A stretch of 51,330 nt of DNA, taken from Asaia bogorensis (GTDB lineage Bacteria > Pseudomonadota > Alphaproteobacteria > Rhodospirillales > CAMCUA01). Both the position numbers and the translations under genes were made by a program. Where the stretch lies: the NCBI GenBank assembly GCA_945878455.1, contig CAMCUA010000001.1, positions 1 to 51,330 on the forward strand, in the 5' to 3' direction. Shown here piece after piece: positions 8,283-16,550 of the stretch (position 1 is its first letter; every line of letters starts with the position of its first letter). Under the pieces are notes generated by a model. That model was not told the origin of the DNA and did no database searches. It saw nothing but the letters and a program-made list of their open reading frames with translations.

Positions 8283-8982
8283 TCAGCTGGGACCGAGGCG
8301 GCGCAGTTCAGCGACGGCGGCGTCGTATTCGAAGATGTCTTTCGGACAAGTATCGACGGCGTGCTCCAAGACCGCGCGAGCTCGATCGGGACGGCCCCGG
8401 ACGATGTGATGTTGACCGGTCAGGAAATGACCCATGCACGATTCCGCCGTCGATCTCTCAGCGTAACTGTACCCATCACCGAATGATTCCGTCGTACTCG
8501 AGGCCAGATATTGAATTTCCCGGACCGAACCGCTGTGAATTCCATACACCCTTTGGTTGCTCAATTCCGGCTCCCGGGTCGGCCCGTCGCGGCGGATCAA
8601 CGCCAGATATTGCCAGCGATGCACACGGTCACGACGTTCGTTGCGACGTAGGGACTCGGTCAAGTTCTGAACGGCGGCATCGAATTGACCCATGAGAAAG
8701 GCGATACGGCCCCGGTCGAAATAGCTCAGGTCGTTGTCCGGATCGAGATGCACGACCCTGTCGCCATCCGCCAAAGCCAGTTCGTAGGCACCTAGCCGGA
8801 TCCGCACCATGGCACGATCCCGATAAGCGGCAATGTCGTCGGGCGCGCGGCGGAGCGCCTCGTCGAGATCTTCCGCAGCGCGATCCGGATCGTTTTTGTT
8901 CAGCAAGTAGCGGGCACGATTTCTATACACCGTCGCGTTGCCCGTACCGATACGGATGGACTCGTCATAGTCAGCGCGCGCG
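8283..8982 (-). pseudogene. NlpI-like TPR protein B, C-terminal fragment in a shifted frame
   Basis: The shifted frame continues '..ARADYDESIRIGTGNATVYRNRARYLL...', matching the paralogue's 'KARADRDKA'. It adds more TPRs and a second NlpI-like end module ('CMGHFLTGQHHIV...AVDTCPKDIFEYDAAVAELRRL'). Confidence 0.65.
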
Positions 8983-9906
8983 ATCCGAATCTCCCTTTTT
9001 GTCCCACGCCAAACCGCGCTGGGAGAAAAAACCCGCATTGCCGGGATCGAGTTCGATAGCCTTGGTGAGGTCGCCGATGGCGGTACTGTAAACGCCGCGG
9101 GAGAGCCATTCGCATGCCCGCCGAGCGTAAACCGTGGCATCGATGGCCAGATGTAGCGAAGCGTTGTAGTCGGCCATCGCCTTGTAGGTATCGCCCTTGC
9201 CATGCCAGGCATCGCCCCGGTCGGCATAGGCACGGGCGTTCTCGGGATCGCGCCGCAAGACTTCGGTGAAGTCGGCGATGGCGCGTTGCCAATTTTCCTT
9301 CTTCGCGAAGGCTTGGCCGCGCCTGTTGTAGAGCCCGGCCAAGCTCGTCGCGGCGGGCTGCCCCGAGGCAGCCATACGGGTACAGGCGGCAACGCGCTCA
9401 TCGGGCGTCGATGCAGCTCGGACACAGGTATCGCGGTCGGCATCGGATAGAGCAAGCCCGTCCCCGGCCGGCTTCAAGGCGGCGACGGCCGCCGGATATT
9501 CAAAGAAATTCTTCGGACATGTCGCCACGGCCCGCTCGAACAGCCTCCGCGCTTCCTCCTCGCGGCTGTTCAGCACATGCCACTGGCCCATGTAGAAATC
9601 GACCTCGCAGGTTTGCTCCGCCTGCGTTTTGACATCGCCTTGCTGGGCGGTTTGACGCAGTTCGTCGGTACTGAGCCTTCCGGCCAGAAAGTACGCCACC
9701 GGCCCTGGCCACTTCGTCCGATCCACATCCTTCAAACCTGCTTCGATTTCGCGCCCGGCCTCGGCCACGCCCAAGACACGCGCCTCCGATAGGTAGCGCC
9801 AGACAACGGCGTAGGCAAAATCCGGCCTGATGCCGAGCACCTCACGGAAATCCAACGCCGCGACATCGTATTGCCCGAGGTAGAACGCGGCGTGGCCGCG
9901 ATGTCT
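8971..9906 (-). pseudogene. NlpI-like TPR protein B, middle fragment (same frame as the N-terminal fragment)
   Basis: Reading straight through the TAA gives 'DPLDEDA*RHRGHAAFYLGQYDVAALDFREVLGIRPDFAY'. This aligns with the paralogue's 'DPKLDESFRLRGLSEFYLRHYRLAARDFAQTLRLDPKDAY'. The fragment ends at the TGA at 8971-8973 inside a (GC)n run. Confidence 0.7.
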
Positions 9907-10404
9907 TTAGGCATCCTCGTCAAGAGGATCAAGATCGACAATCCTGGTAAAGTCCTCGACGGCACGGGCATATTCGCCAAGGCTGTCCCATCGTTTGCCG
10001 CGATTGCGATAGGCGAGGATATAATCGGGGTCGAGAGCAAGGGCCTCGGTGAAATCGGCGATGGCGCTGGCGTCGTCTTCCATGGCGACGCCACGATTGT
10101 TGTAGGCGGCCCGCTGTTTGGGATTGAGACGCAGTGACTCCGAGTAATCGGCGATGCTACGCGCCTTATCGCCCTTTTCGGACCAGGCATAGGCGCGTCT
10201 GAAATGGGCAATGGCGAGCTCCTTCGGCTCCGGCCGTCCCGATTCGATCATCTTCGTACAGACCGCGATGCGCGCTTCGGCATTCAATTTTACCGTGTCG
10301 AGGCAGGTCGAGCGATCCGCTTCGAACGATTTATCCTGGCCGAACGACGGTTGAGCCATGCCGGCTAGCATCAGTCCGACGATCAGCACCACCACGCGAT
10401 ACAT
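9907..10404 (-). pseudogene. NlpI-like TPR protein B, N-terminal fragment (signal peptide plus TPRs), ended by an in-frame TAA
   Basis: 'MYRVVVLIVGLMLAGMAQPSFGQ' is a signal peptide, with a GGGAGA RBS. The fragment is collinear with residues 1 to about 130 of the intact paralogue at 10478-11743. The TAA at 9907-9909 sits where the paralogue reads through. Confidence 0.7.
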
Positions 10405-10477
10405 GACGGTCTCCCTTCGAGACATCGAGCTTTGGCATCCGCGGTCACGGCGCCGCGGGCGCCGGTAGCGATGCCAT

Positions 10478-11743
10478 TCAGCGCTGCGACACGCCGGCGC
10501 TTAGGCGGGCCGCCTTGTCGCGGTCGGCGCGCGCCTTTTCGGCATCACCTTTCTTTTCCCAGGCCAGCGCACGACTGGCAAAATGCTCGGGGTTGCGCCC
10601 ATCGCGCCGGATGGCTTCGGTGAAGTCGCCGATGGCGGTGGTGTAGATGCCGCGCCCGAACCATTCGCGGCCACGCTTGCCATAGACCTCGGCATCGAAG
10701 GCAAGATGCAGAGCGGCGTTGTAGTCAGGCATGGCCTTGTAGGTTTGGCCCTGGGCATGCCAGACATCCCCACGGTCCCGGTAGAGACGGGGGTTTTGCG
10801 GATCGCGGCGGATGGCCTCGCCCAAGTCGGCGATGGCGCGCTGCCAATTCTCCATGGCCGCTGCAGCGAGGCCGCGGGCCTGATAGAGGTCGAACTGGCC
10901 CGCGGCGATGGCGCGGGTGCAGGCCGCCGTGCGGTCGGCGGGCGACCTATCGGCAGCCATGCAGGCCAGTCGGTCGGCGGCGGTCGCCACGTCGAGAGGC
11001 GCCGCCGGCGTATCCAGCGGCTTCAGTGCCGCGACGGCGCCCAGGTACTCGTAGAAAACCTTCGGGCAGGTCGCCTCCGCCCGCTGAAACAACCCGCGCG
11101 CCTCATCCCGCCGACCGTGCATCAGATGCCATTGGCCGAGGTAGTAATCGACTTCGCAGGTCTGTGCGGCCCGCGTCTTGGCATCGCCCTGTTGGGCCGC
11201 CCGGCGCAGCCCCTCGATGCTGAGCTTGCCCAACAGGAATTGCGCCACCGGTGTCGGCCACTTGAAGTGGTCGAGGTCGCCCTCCCAGCTTTCCCGGAGG
11301 TTTATAAAGGCCCGCCAGGCGCCTTCGGCGCGCACGTCTGCCAGATAGCGCCACAGGGGCGCATAGGCATCCTTAGGATCGAGCCTGAGGGTCTGGGCGA
11401 AGTCCCGCGCGGCGAGGCGATAGTGGCGCAGATAGAATTCGCTGAGGCCGCGCAGGCGAAAGGATTCGTCGAGCTTGGGATCGAGGGCGATGGATTCGGT
11501 GAAGTCGGCGATGGCCCGCGCGTGCTCGTCCTTTTGCGACCATGCATAGCCGCGAAAAAAATAGACCGTGGCGAGCTTACTCGGACTGAGATTGCCGCCC
11601 TCGATCACCTTGGTGCAGGCGGCGAGGCGGGCGTCATCGGCCGTGTCTTCCGAACCGGCACAGGTTTCCATATTCTGGGCAAGCGACGGTTGGGCGATAC
11701 CGGCAAGGACGAAACCCAACAGCAGCGCAATCGCGCGGTACAT
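10478..11743 (-). CDS. Secreted TPR protein with an NlpI-like module (paralogue A, intact)
   Basis: Signal peptide 'MYRAIALLLGFVLAGIAQPSLAQ' with a GGAGA RBS. It carries TPRs plus 'PLWRYLADVRAEG...KWPTPVAQFLLGKLS...CEVDYYLGQWHLMHGRRDEARGLFQRAEATCPKVFYEYLGAVAALKPL', which resembles the E. coli NlpI C-terminal half (recalled). Confidence 0.8.
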   Translation of the reverse strand: MYRAIALLLGFVLAGIAQPSLAQNMETCAGSEDTADDARLAACTKVIEGGNLSPSKLATVYFFRGYAWSQKDEHARAIADFTESIALDPKLDESFRLRGLSEFYLRHYRLAARDFAQTLRLDPKDAYAPLWRYLADVRAEGAWRAFINLRESWEGDLDHFKWPTPVAQFLLGKLSIEGLRRAAQQGDAKTRAAQTCEVDYYLGQWHLMHGRRDEARGLFQRAEATCPKVFYEYLGAVAALKPLDTPAAPLDVATAADRLACMAADRSPADRTAACTRAIAAGQFDLYQARGLAAAAMENWQRAIADLGEAIRRDPQNPRLYRDRGDVWHAQGQTYKAMPDYNAALHLAFDAEVYGKRGREWFGRGIYTTAIGDFTEAIRRDGRNPEHFASRALAWEKKGDAEKARADRDKAARLSAGVSQR

Positions 11744-12042
11744 GGATCGTCTCCACATTCAGGCAATAAATTGACGATAAACTACTTATCAGTGTCGGAA
11801 CCGACCGACCTTGCGGCGAGCCGGTCGATACCTAGCGCCCGATTATGGCTGAATTTTGGAGCGTTCCGACAATCCGTACAAAAAAAATTGCAGGTAGATG
11901 CTTGTAAGCGAGTACAACCCTTAGCATCGTTGCGCCAGACAGAACGAGTGTCCAAAATCGCATTTGCCCGGATCGCCCTGAGCCTCTAGGCTGCGACGAG
12001 AAAATCACCATCGGCAAGCCGAGATCCAGGGAGGCAAAAATC

Positions 12043-13020
12043 ATGGCCAAACCGCTGCTTTTCATCATGACCTATACGATCATTCCGCCGGAATACATGA
12101 AGAAGTTCACCGACCGTTTCGAGGTCAAATACGCGGCGACGCCCGAGGAGATGGAACAAGCCTTCAAGGAACCGTGGATCAAGGACGTGCAGGCCGTTTT
12201 CACCATGGGTTCGCGCGGCGTGCGCCGTGACGTCATGGACAGAATGCCGAAGCTGGAAGTCGCCTGCTGCAAGGGCGCCGGCTACGACGGTTTCGATGTT
12301 GCCGAAATGAACAAGCGCAACATCGCCATCTCCCACGGCTCGTCGATCAATGCGACCTTCGTCGCCGATCATTCCATCGCGCTGATGCTGGCCACCGTGC
12401 GCAACATCGTCAACTTCGACGCCGCCGTGCGCCGCGGCGATTGGGTCAAGGGTCGGTCGCTGCCGCCGAGCATCACCGGCAAGAAACTGGGCCTGATCGG
12501 CATGGGCGAGATCGGCTCGAAGGTCGCCGAACGCTGCCACCGGGGCTTTGAGATGGAGGTCAGCTACCACACTCGCAACCAGAAGGCCGAGCTGCCCTAT
12601 CGCTATTTCCCCAAGGTCATCGACCTGGCCAAGCACGTCGATTTCCTGATGTGTATCCTGCCGCTCAACGACCAAAGCCGCCACATCGTCAATGCCGAGG
12701 TGCTCCAAGCCTTGGGACCGCAGGGCTATCTGATCAACATGGCGCGCGGCCCGGTGGTGTCGAACGCCGCCCTGATCCCGGCCTTGCAGCAGAATAAGAT
12801 CGCCGGCGCCGGCCTCGACGTGGTCGAGGGCGAGCCCAACATCCCGGCCGAGCTGATCGCGCTGAAGAACGTCACCATGACGCCGCATGTTGGCGGCCAT
12901 GTGCCGGAATCGGCGGCGCAGACGCTCGATCTGCTGTTGGCCAACCTGGACGCCCACTTTGCCGGCAAGCCGATGGTCACGCCTATTCCCGGCAGCACCG
13001 GCAGGAAACGGGCAGCCTGA
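12043..13020 (+). CDS. D-isomer-specific 2-hydroxyacid dehydrogenase, paralogue 2
   Basis: 325 aa with a GGGAGG RBS. Motifs: 'GLIGMGEIG', 'NMARGPV', 'DVVEGEP', 'TPHVGG'. The C-terminal tail is 'PGSTGRKRAA'. Confidence 0.9.
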   Translation: MAKPLLFIMTYTIIPPEYMKKFTDRFEVKYAATPEEMEQAFKEPWIKDVQAVFTMGSRGVRRDVMDRMPKLEVACCKGAGYDGFDVAEMNKRNIAISHGSSINATFVADHSIALMLATVRNIVNFDAAVRRGDWVKGRSLPPSITGKKLGLIGMGEIGSKVAERCHRGFEMEVSYHTRNQKAELPYRYFPKVIDLAKHVDFLMCILPLNDQSRHIVNAEVLQALGPQGYLINMARGPVVSNAALIPALQQNKIAGAGLDVVEGEPNIPAELIALKNVTMTPHVGGHVPESAAQTLDLLLANLDAHFAGKPMVTPIPGSTGRKRAA

Positions 13021-13147
13021 CGGCCGTCCGACCGCGCCGCCGCATCCGCTACCGATCGCAACCCAGACTGGCGCCGCAATTCGCGCAGCGGTGCCTAGTC
13101 CGGGCCGGACGATCTTTCGCCAACAGCCTACCCATGGAGACGTCCTC

Positions 13148-14116
13148 GTGAAGCAAGACCTGTTGATCTGTACCCCGGCGATGTCGAATGCCGATTACGA
13201 CGCCGCACTCGGCCCTCATTTCAACCTGCTCTATGCGCGCACGCCCGAGGATCAGCGCAAGGCGCTGACGGCCGATTGGCTCAAGCCGGTCCGCGCCATC
13301 TATACTACCGGCCAGCACGCCATCGTCCCCGAGTTGGTCGAGGCGATGCCGAACCTGGAGATCGTCGCCTGCCGCGGCACCGGCTATGACGCCATCGACA
13401 TTGAGTTGATGAACAGGAAAGGCATCTTCCTGTCCTATGGTGCCGGGGCAAATGCCCCCTCCGTCGCCGATCATGCCATGACCCTGATGCTGTCCACCGT
13501 GCGCAAGGTACCGAAGCTCGACGCCGCGGTTCGCCAGGGCAAATGGGTGGACTCGCGCAGCCTGCAGCCGATCGCCACCGGTAAGCGCCTGGGCATCCTG
13601 GGCATGGGCGGAGTCGGCACCGGATTGGCCAAGCGGGCTGTCAGCTTCGACATGACCGTCGGCTATCACACCCGCAACAAGCGCGACGTGCCGTATCGCT
13701 ATTATTCGAGCGTGTTGGAACTGGCCAAGGATTCCGACATCCTGGTCGCCTGCCTGCCCGGCGGTAAGGACACCAAGCATATTGTCAACCGCGCCGTGCT
13801 CGACGCCTTGGGTCCGCAGGGCTTCTTTATCAACGTGGCGCGCGGTTCGGTTGTCGATACCGACGCGCTGATCGCCGCGCTAAACGAAGGCCGCCTGGCT
13901 GGGGCCGGTCTGGACGTGGTCGACGGCGAGCCCGAGGTGCCGGCCGCGCTGCTGCAGGCGCCCAACGTCGTCATCACGCCGCACATCGGCGCCCGTTCGC
14001 CCGAGGCTTCGGAGAAGGCCTTCGAACTGGCGGTCGCCAATCTACAGGCGCATTTCGCCGGCAAGCCGCTGCTGACGCCGATACCCGGCAGCATCGGCCG
14101 CCGCCGCGCCGCTTGA
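13148..14116 (+). CDS. D-isomer-specific 2-hydroxyacid dehydrogenase, paralogue 3
   Basis: GTG at 13148 with a GGAGA RBS. The N-terminus 'VKQDLLICTP' aligns with the paralogues. Motifs: 'GILGMGGVG', 'NVARGSV', 'DVVDGEP', 'TPHIGA'. The tail is 'PGSIGRRRAA'. Confidence 0.85.
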   Translation: MKQDLLICTPAMSNADYDAALGPHFNLLYARTPEDQRKALTADWLKPVRAIYTTGQHAIVPELVEAMPNLEIVACRGTGYDAIDIELMNRKGIFLSYGAGANAPSVADHAMTLMLSTVRKVPKLDAAVRQGKWVDSRSLQPIATGKRLGILGMGGVGTGLAKRAVSFDMTVGYHTRNKRDVPYRYYSSVLELAKDSDILVACLPGGKDTKHIVNRAVLDALGPQGFFINVARGSVVDTDALIAALNEGRLAGAGLDVVDGEPEVPAALLQAPNVVITPHIGARSPEASEKAFELAVANLQAHFAGKPLLTPIPGSIGRRRAA

Positions 14117-14218
14117 GACTGCGCCGGATATCGTAAAATTGCCCTGGTTAAGGCTTACCGCTAACCTAAGGCGGCAAGCGCCACTGTGTAGAACCGCAAG
14201 AGGAATGGAGGGACCGCC

Positions 14219-15184
14219 ATGAAGCCCGAATTGATCATCGTAACCCCGTCGGTCATCCCGCCCGATTACATGGCGCGGTTCAACGAGCACTTCAACGTTC
14301 ACCTGTGCGCGACAGCCGAATTGCAGCAGCAAGCCTTGAAGAGCGACTGGGTGAAGAAAGTCCGGGCTGTTTTCACCAGCGGTTCCGTCGGTATCAAGCC
14401 GGATCTTCTGAAGGCCATGCCCAATGTCGAGATCGTCTGTTGCAAGGGCACCGGTTACGATGCCCTGGACATGGATGAAATGCGCCGGCTGGGCCTGTTC
14501 GTCACCCACGGCGCCGGCGCCAACGCGGCTTCCGTCGCCGATCATGCCTTGGGCCTGATGCTGGCGACGCTGCGCCATATCCCGCAGCTCGATTCAGCCA
14601 TCCGCCAGGGCAAGTGGGTATCTTCGCGCAACCTACAGCCGATCCTGTGGCGCAAGCGCCTGGGCCTGGTCGGCTTCGGCAAGATCGGCCGCGAGATCGC
14701 CAAGCGGGCGCTGGCCTTCGACATGACCGTTGCCTATCACGCCCGCAACAAGCGCGACGACGTGTCGTTCAAGTACCATGCGAAGCTGCTCGATCTGGCC
14801 AAGGACTCCGACATCCTCGTGGTCTGCACGCCGGGTGGGGCCGAGACCAATAAGCTCATCAGTCGCGCCGTGCTCGACGCGCTTGGGCCCCAGGGCTTCC
14901 TGGTCAACGTGGCGCGCGGCTCAGTGGTCGATACCGAGGAGCTGATCGCCGCGCTGAAGGATGGCCGCCTCGCCGGCGCCGGCCTCGACGTGGTCGAGGG
15001 CGAGCCGGAAATCCCGTCGAAGCTGTTCGATGTGCCCAACCTGGTGATGACGCCGCATATCGGCGGCCGTTCGCCGGAAGCTTCCGACATGACACTCGAC
15101 CTGGTCATCGACAATCTGCAGGCCCATTTCGCCGGCAAGCCCGTATTGACCCCCGTCCCCGGCAGCGCCGGCCGGCGCCGCTAA
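14219..15184 (+). CDS. D-isomer-specific 2-hydroxyacid dehydrogenase, paralogue 4
   Basis: 321 aa with a GGAGGG RBS. Motifs: 'GLVGFGKIG', 'NVARGSV', 'DVVEGEP', 'TPHIGG'. The tail is 'PGSAGRRR'. Confidence 0.9.
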   Translation: MKPELIIVTPSVIPPDYMARFNEHFNVHLCATAELQQQALKSDWVKKVRAVFTSGSVGIKPDLLKAMPNVEIVCCKGTGYDALDMDEMRRLGLFVTHGAGANAASVADHALGLMLATLRHIPQLDSAIRQGKWVSSRNLQPILWRKRLGLVGFGKIGREIAKRALAFDMTVAYHARNKRDDVSFKYHAKLLDLAKDSDILVVCTPGGAETNKLISRAVLDALGPQGFLVNVARGSVVDTEELIAALKDGRLAGAGLDVVEGEPEIPSKLFDVPNLVMTPHIGGRSPEASDMTLDLVIDNLQAHFAGKPVLTPVPGSAGRRR

Positions 15185-15223
15185 GGCGCGCTGACCGCGC
15201 GAGACCGAGAGCGCGATGATATA

Positions 15224-15256
15224 GCGGCACCGGATGTTCTCCGGTGCCGCCTTTTG
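15224..15256 (+). terminator. Rho-independent terminator after the dehydrogenase array
   Basis: A perfect 11-bp stem GCGGCACCGGA / TCCGGTGCCGC with loop TGTTC, followed by CTTTTGC. It lies 40 nt after the paralogue-4 stop. Confidence 0.8.
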
Positions 15257-15301
15257 CTCATGGACGATGTTTTGCCTGTTTAAGAGGCGCTGCGCCGCTA
15301 C

Positions 15302-16468
15302 CTACAGCGCCATGGTCTGCGCCGGCAGGCCGAGCAGGAAGGAGCCGACCGCCTGGAAGTGGGACTTCCGGCCCTGGCCCTGCTGGGTCAGGGTGTGGAT
15401 GTCGCGGAAGCGGCGTTCGAAGGTGTTGTTGCGAAACACCGCCGTCGCACCGGCCGCTTCATAGGCGATATCGGCCGCCGCCTTGGCTTCGTGGATGGCG
15501 AAGGTCGACGCCAGGCGGATGCGGAAACGCGAATTCATTGACAGTTCGCCGACCTGGGCTTCCTGCCAGATCTCGACCAACTCGCTCAACATGAAGGCCT
15601 TGGCCGCGCCCAAGCGAGCGTGGGCAACGGCGACATCAGATTGCACGACCGCACTTTCGCGCAACACGCCCAACGACCGGCGCGGGACTTTTACCGTGGC
15701 CAGATCCATAAAATCGGCAAGCAGGCCATGGGCCATGCCGACGGCGACGCCGGAAAATCCGATGGCGTACATGGCCCCCGAGGCGAACTTGTAAAGCGGG
15801 CCGGATTCACGCCGTTGGGCCGGATCGTCGCGGATCACCGAATAGGCCTTTGGCACGAAAACGTCCTTCGCCGCAAACGCATCGGTCCCGGTACCGCGCA
15901 TGCCGATGGTGTTCCAAACATCCTTGATCGTTACCTTGTCGACCGGAATCAGCATGGTGCGATATTCCGTACCACCGCCGGACTTGGGCATGGTGATCAC
16001 GCCGCCCAAGTGGCTGGCGTGACGGCTGCCGCTGCAGAACGACCATTCGCCGGAAACGCGATAGCCGCCGTCGACCTCCGCCACCTCGCCCTTGCCCGGT
16101 CCCCAGGCAACGGTGCCGTTCGGTCCCCAGATGTCCTTGGCCACTGCCGGATCGACATAGGCCGCCGCCATGGCGCAGCCGTTGCCCTGGCCGACGCACC
16201 AAGCGGTGCTGCCGTCGAGCTTACCCAAAGCGATGGTGGTGCGAAAGTAGCTGGCCGGATCGAGTTCGTCGCCGCCGATGCTTTTCGGTGCCAGCAGGCG
16301 AAGTATGTTGGCGCCACGCAGGGCGGCGACGACATCGGAGGTCAACCGGCGTTCCTGTTCGATACGATCGCCGGCCGAAGCGATGATCGGGGCGATGTCG
16401 TCGATCCGATCGGGACAATCCTTCAACTTCGCGCCGAGGGCGCCCACCATCGATGTATCCGGTGACAT
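15302..16468 (-). CDS. Acyl-CoA-dehydrogenase-fold flavin-dependent monooxygenase, oxygenase component (HsaA/HpaH-C2/DszC-like), paralogue 1
   Basis: 'DGGYRVSGEWSFCSGSRHASHLGG', 'IGMRGTGTDAFAAKDVFVP', 'FERRFRDIHTLTQQ', and the C-terminus 'LLGLPAQTMAL'. The ATG at 16468 is preceded by GGGGAGA. Confidence 0.8.
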   Translation of the reverse strand: MSPDTSMVGALGAKLKDCPDRIDDIAPIIASAGDRIEQERRLTSDVVAALRGANILRLLAPKSIGGDELDPASYFRTTIALGKLDGSTAWCVGQGNGCAMAAAYVDPAVAKDIWGPNGTVAWGPGKGEVAEVDGGYRVSGEWSFCSGSRHASHLGGVITMPKSGGGTEYRTMLIPVDKVTIKDVWNTIGMRGTGTDAFAAKDVFVPKAYSVIRDDPAQRRESGPLYKFASGAMYAIGFSGVAVGMAHGLLADFMDLATVKVPRRSLGVLRESAVVQSDVAVAHARLGAAKAFMLSELVEIWQEAQVGELSMNSRFRIRLASTFAIHEAKAAADIAYEAAGATAVFRNNTFERRFRDIHTLTQQGQGRKSHFQAVGSFLLGLPAQTMAL

Positions 16469-16550
16469 TTCCCTGTCTCCCCTTTTTTTCCCATCAACCG
16501 AAATGAGGGTCTGGCCCCCAAGAGGTAGGTATCGGCCCCGAGGTCGCGAG

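Noticed and set aside
8983-9455. Upstream half of the tracked ORF 8283-9455
   Set aside because: It is out of frame with, and completely overlapped by, the TPR reading frame 8971-9906. Only the part downstream of the (GC)n frameshift site matches TPR sequence.
10583-11989. 468-aa ORF on the plus strand, antisense to TPR gene A
   Set aside because: This is a typical high-GC shadow ORF. It has Arg/Gly/Ala/Pro-rich composition, no recognisable domain and no RBS, and it fully overlaps a well-supported gene on the other strand.
11986-12957. 323-aa ORF antisense to dehydrogenase paralogue 2 (with similar ones opposite paralogues 1, 3 and 4)
   Set aside because: These recur because the paralogues are similar. 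The sense frames carry the NAD and catalytic motifs.
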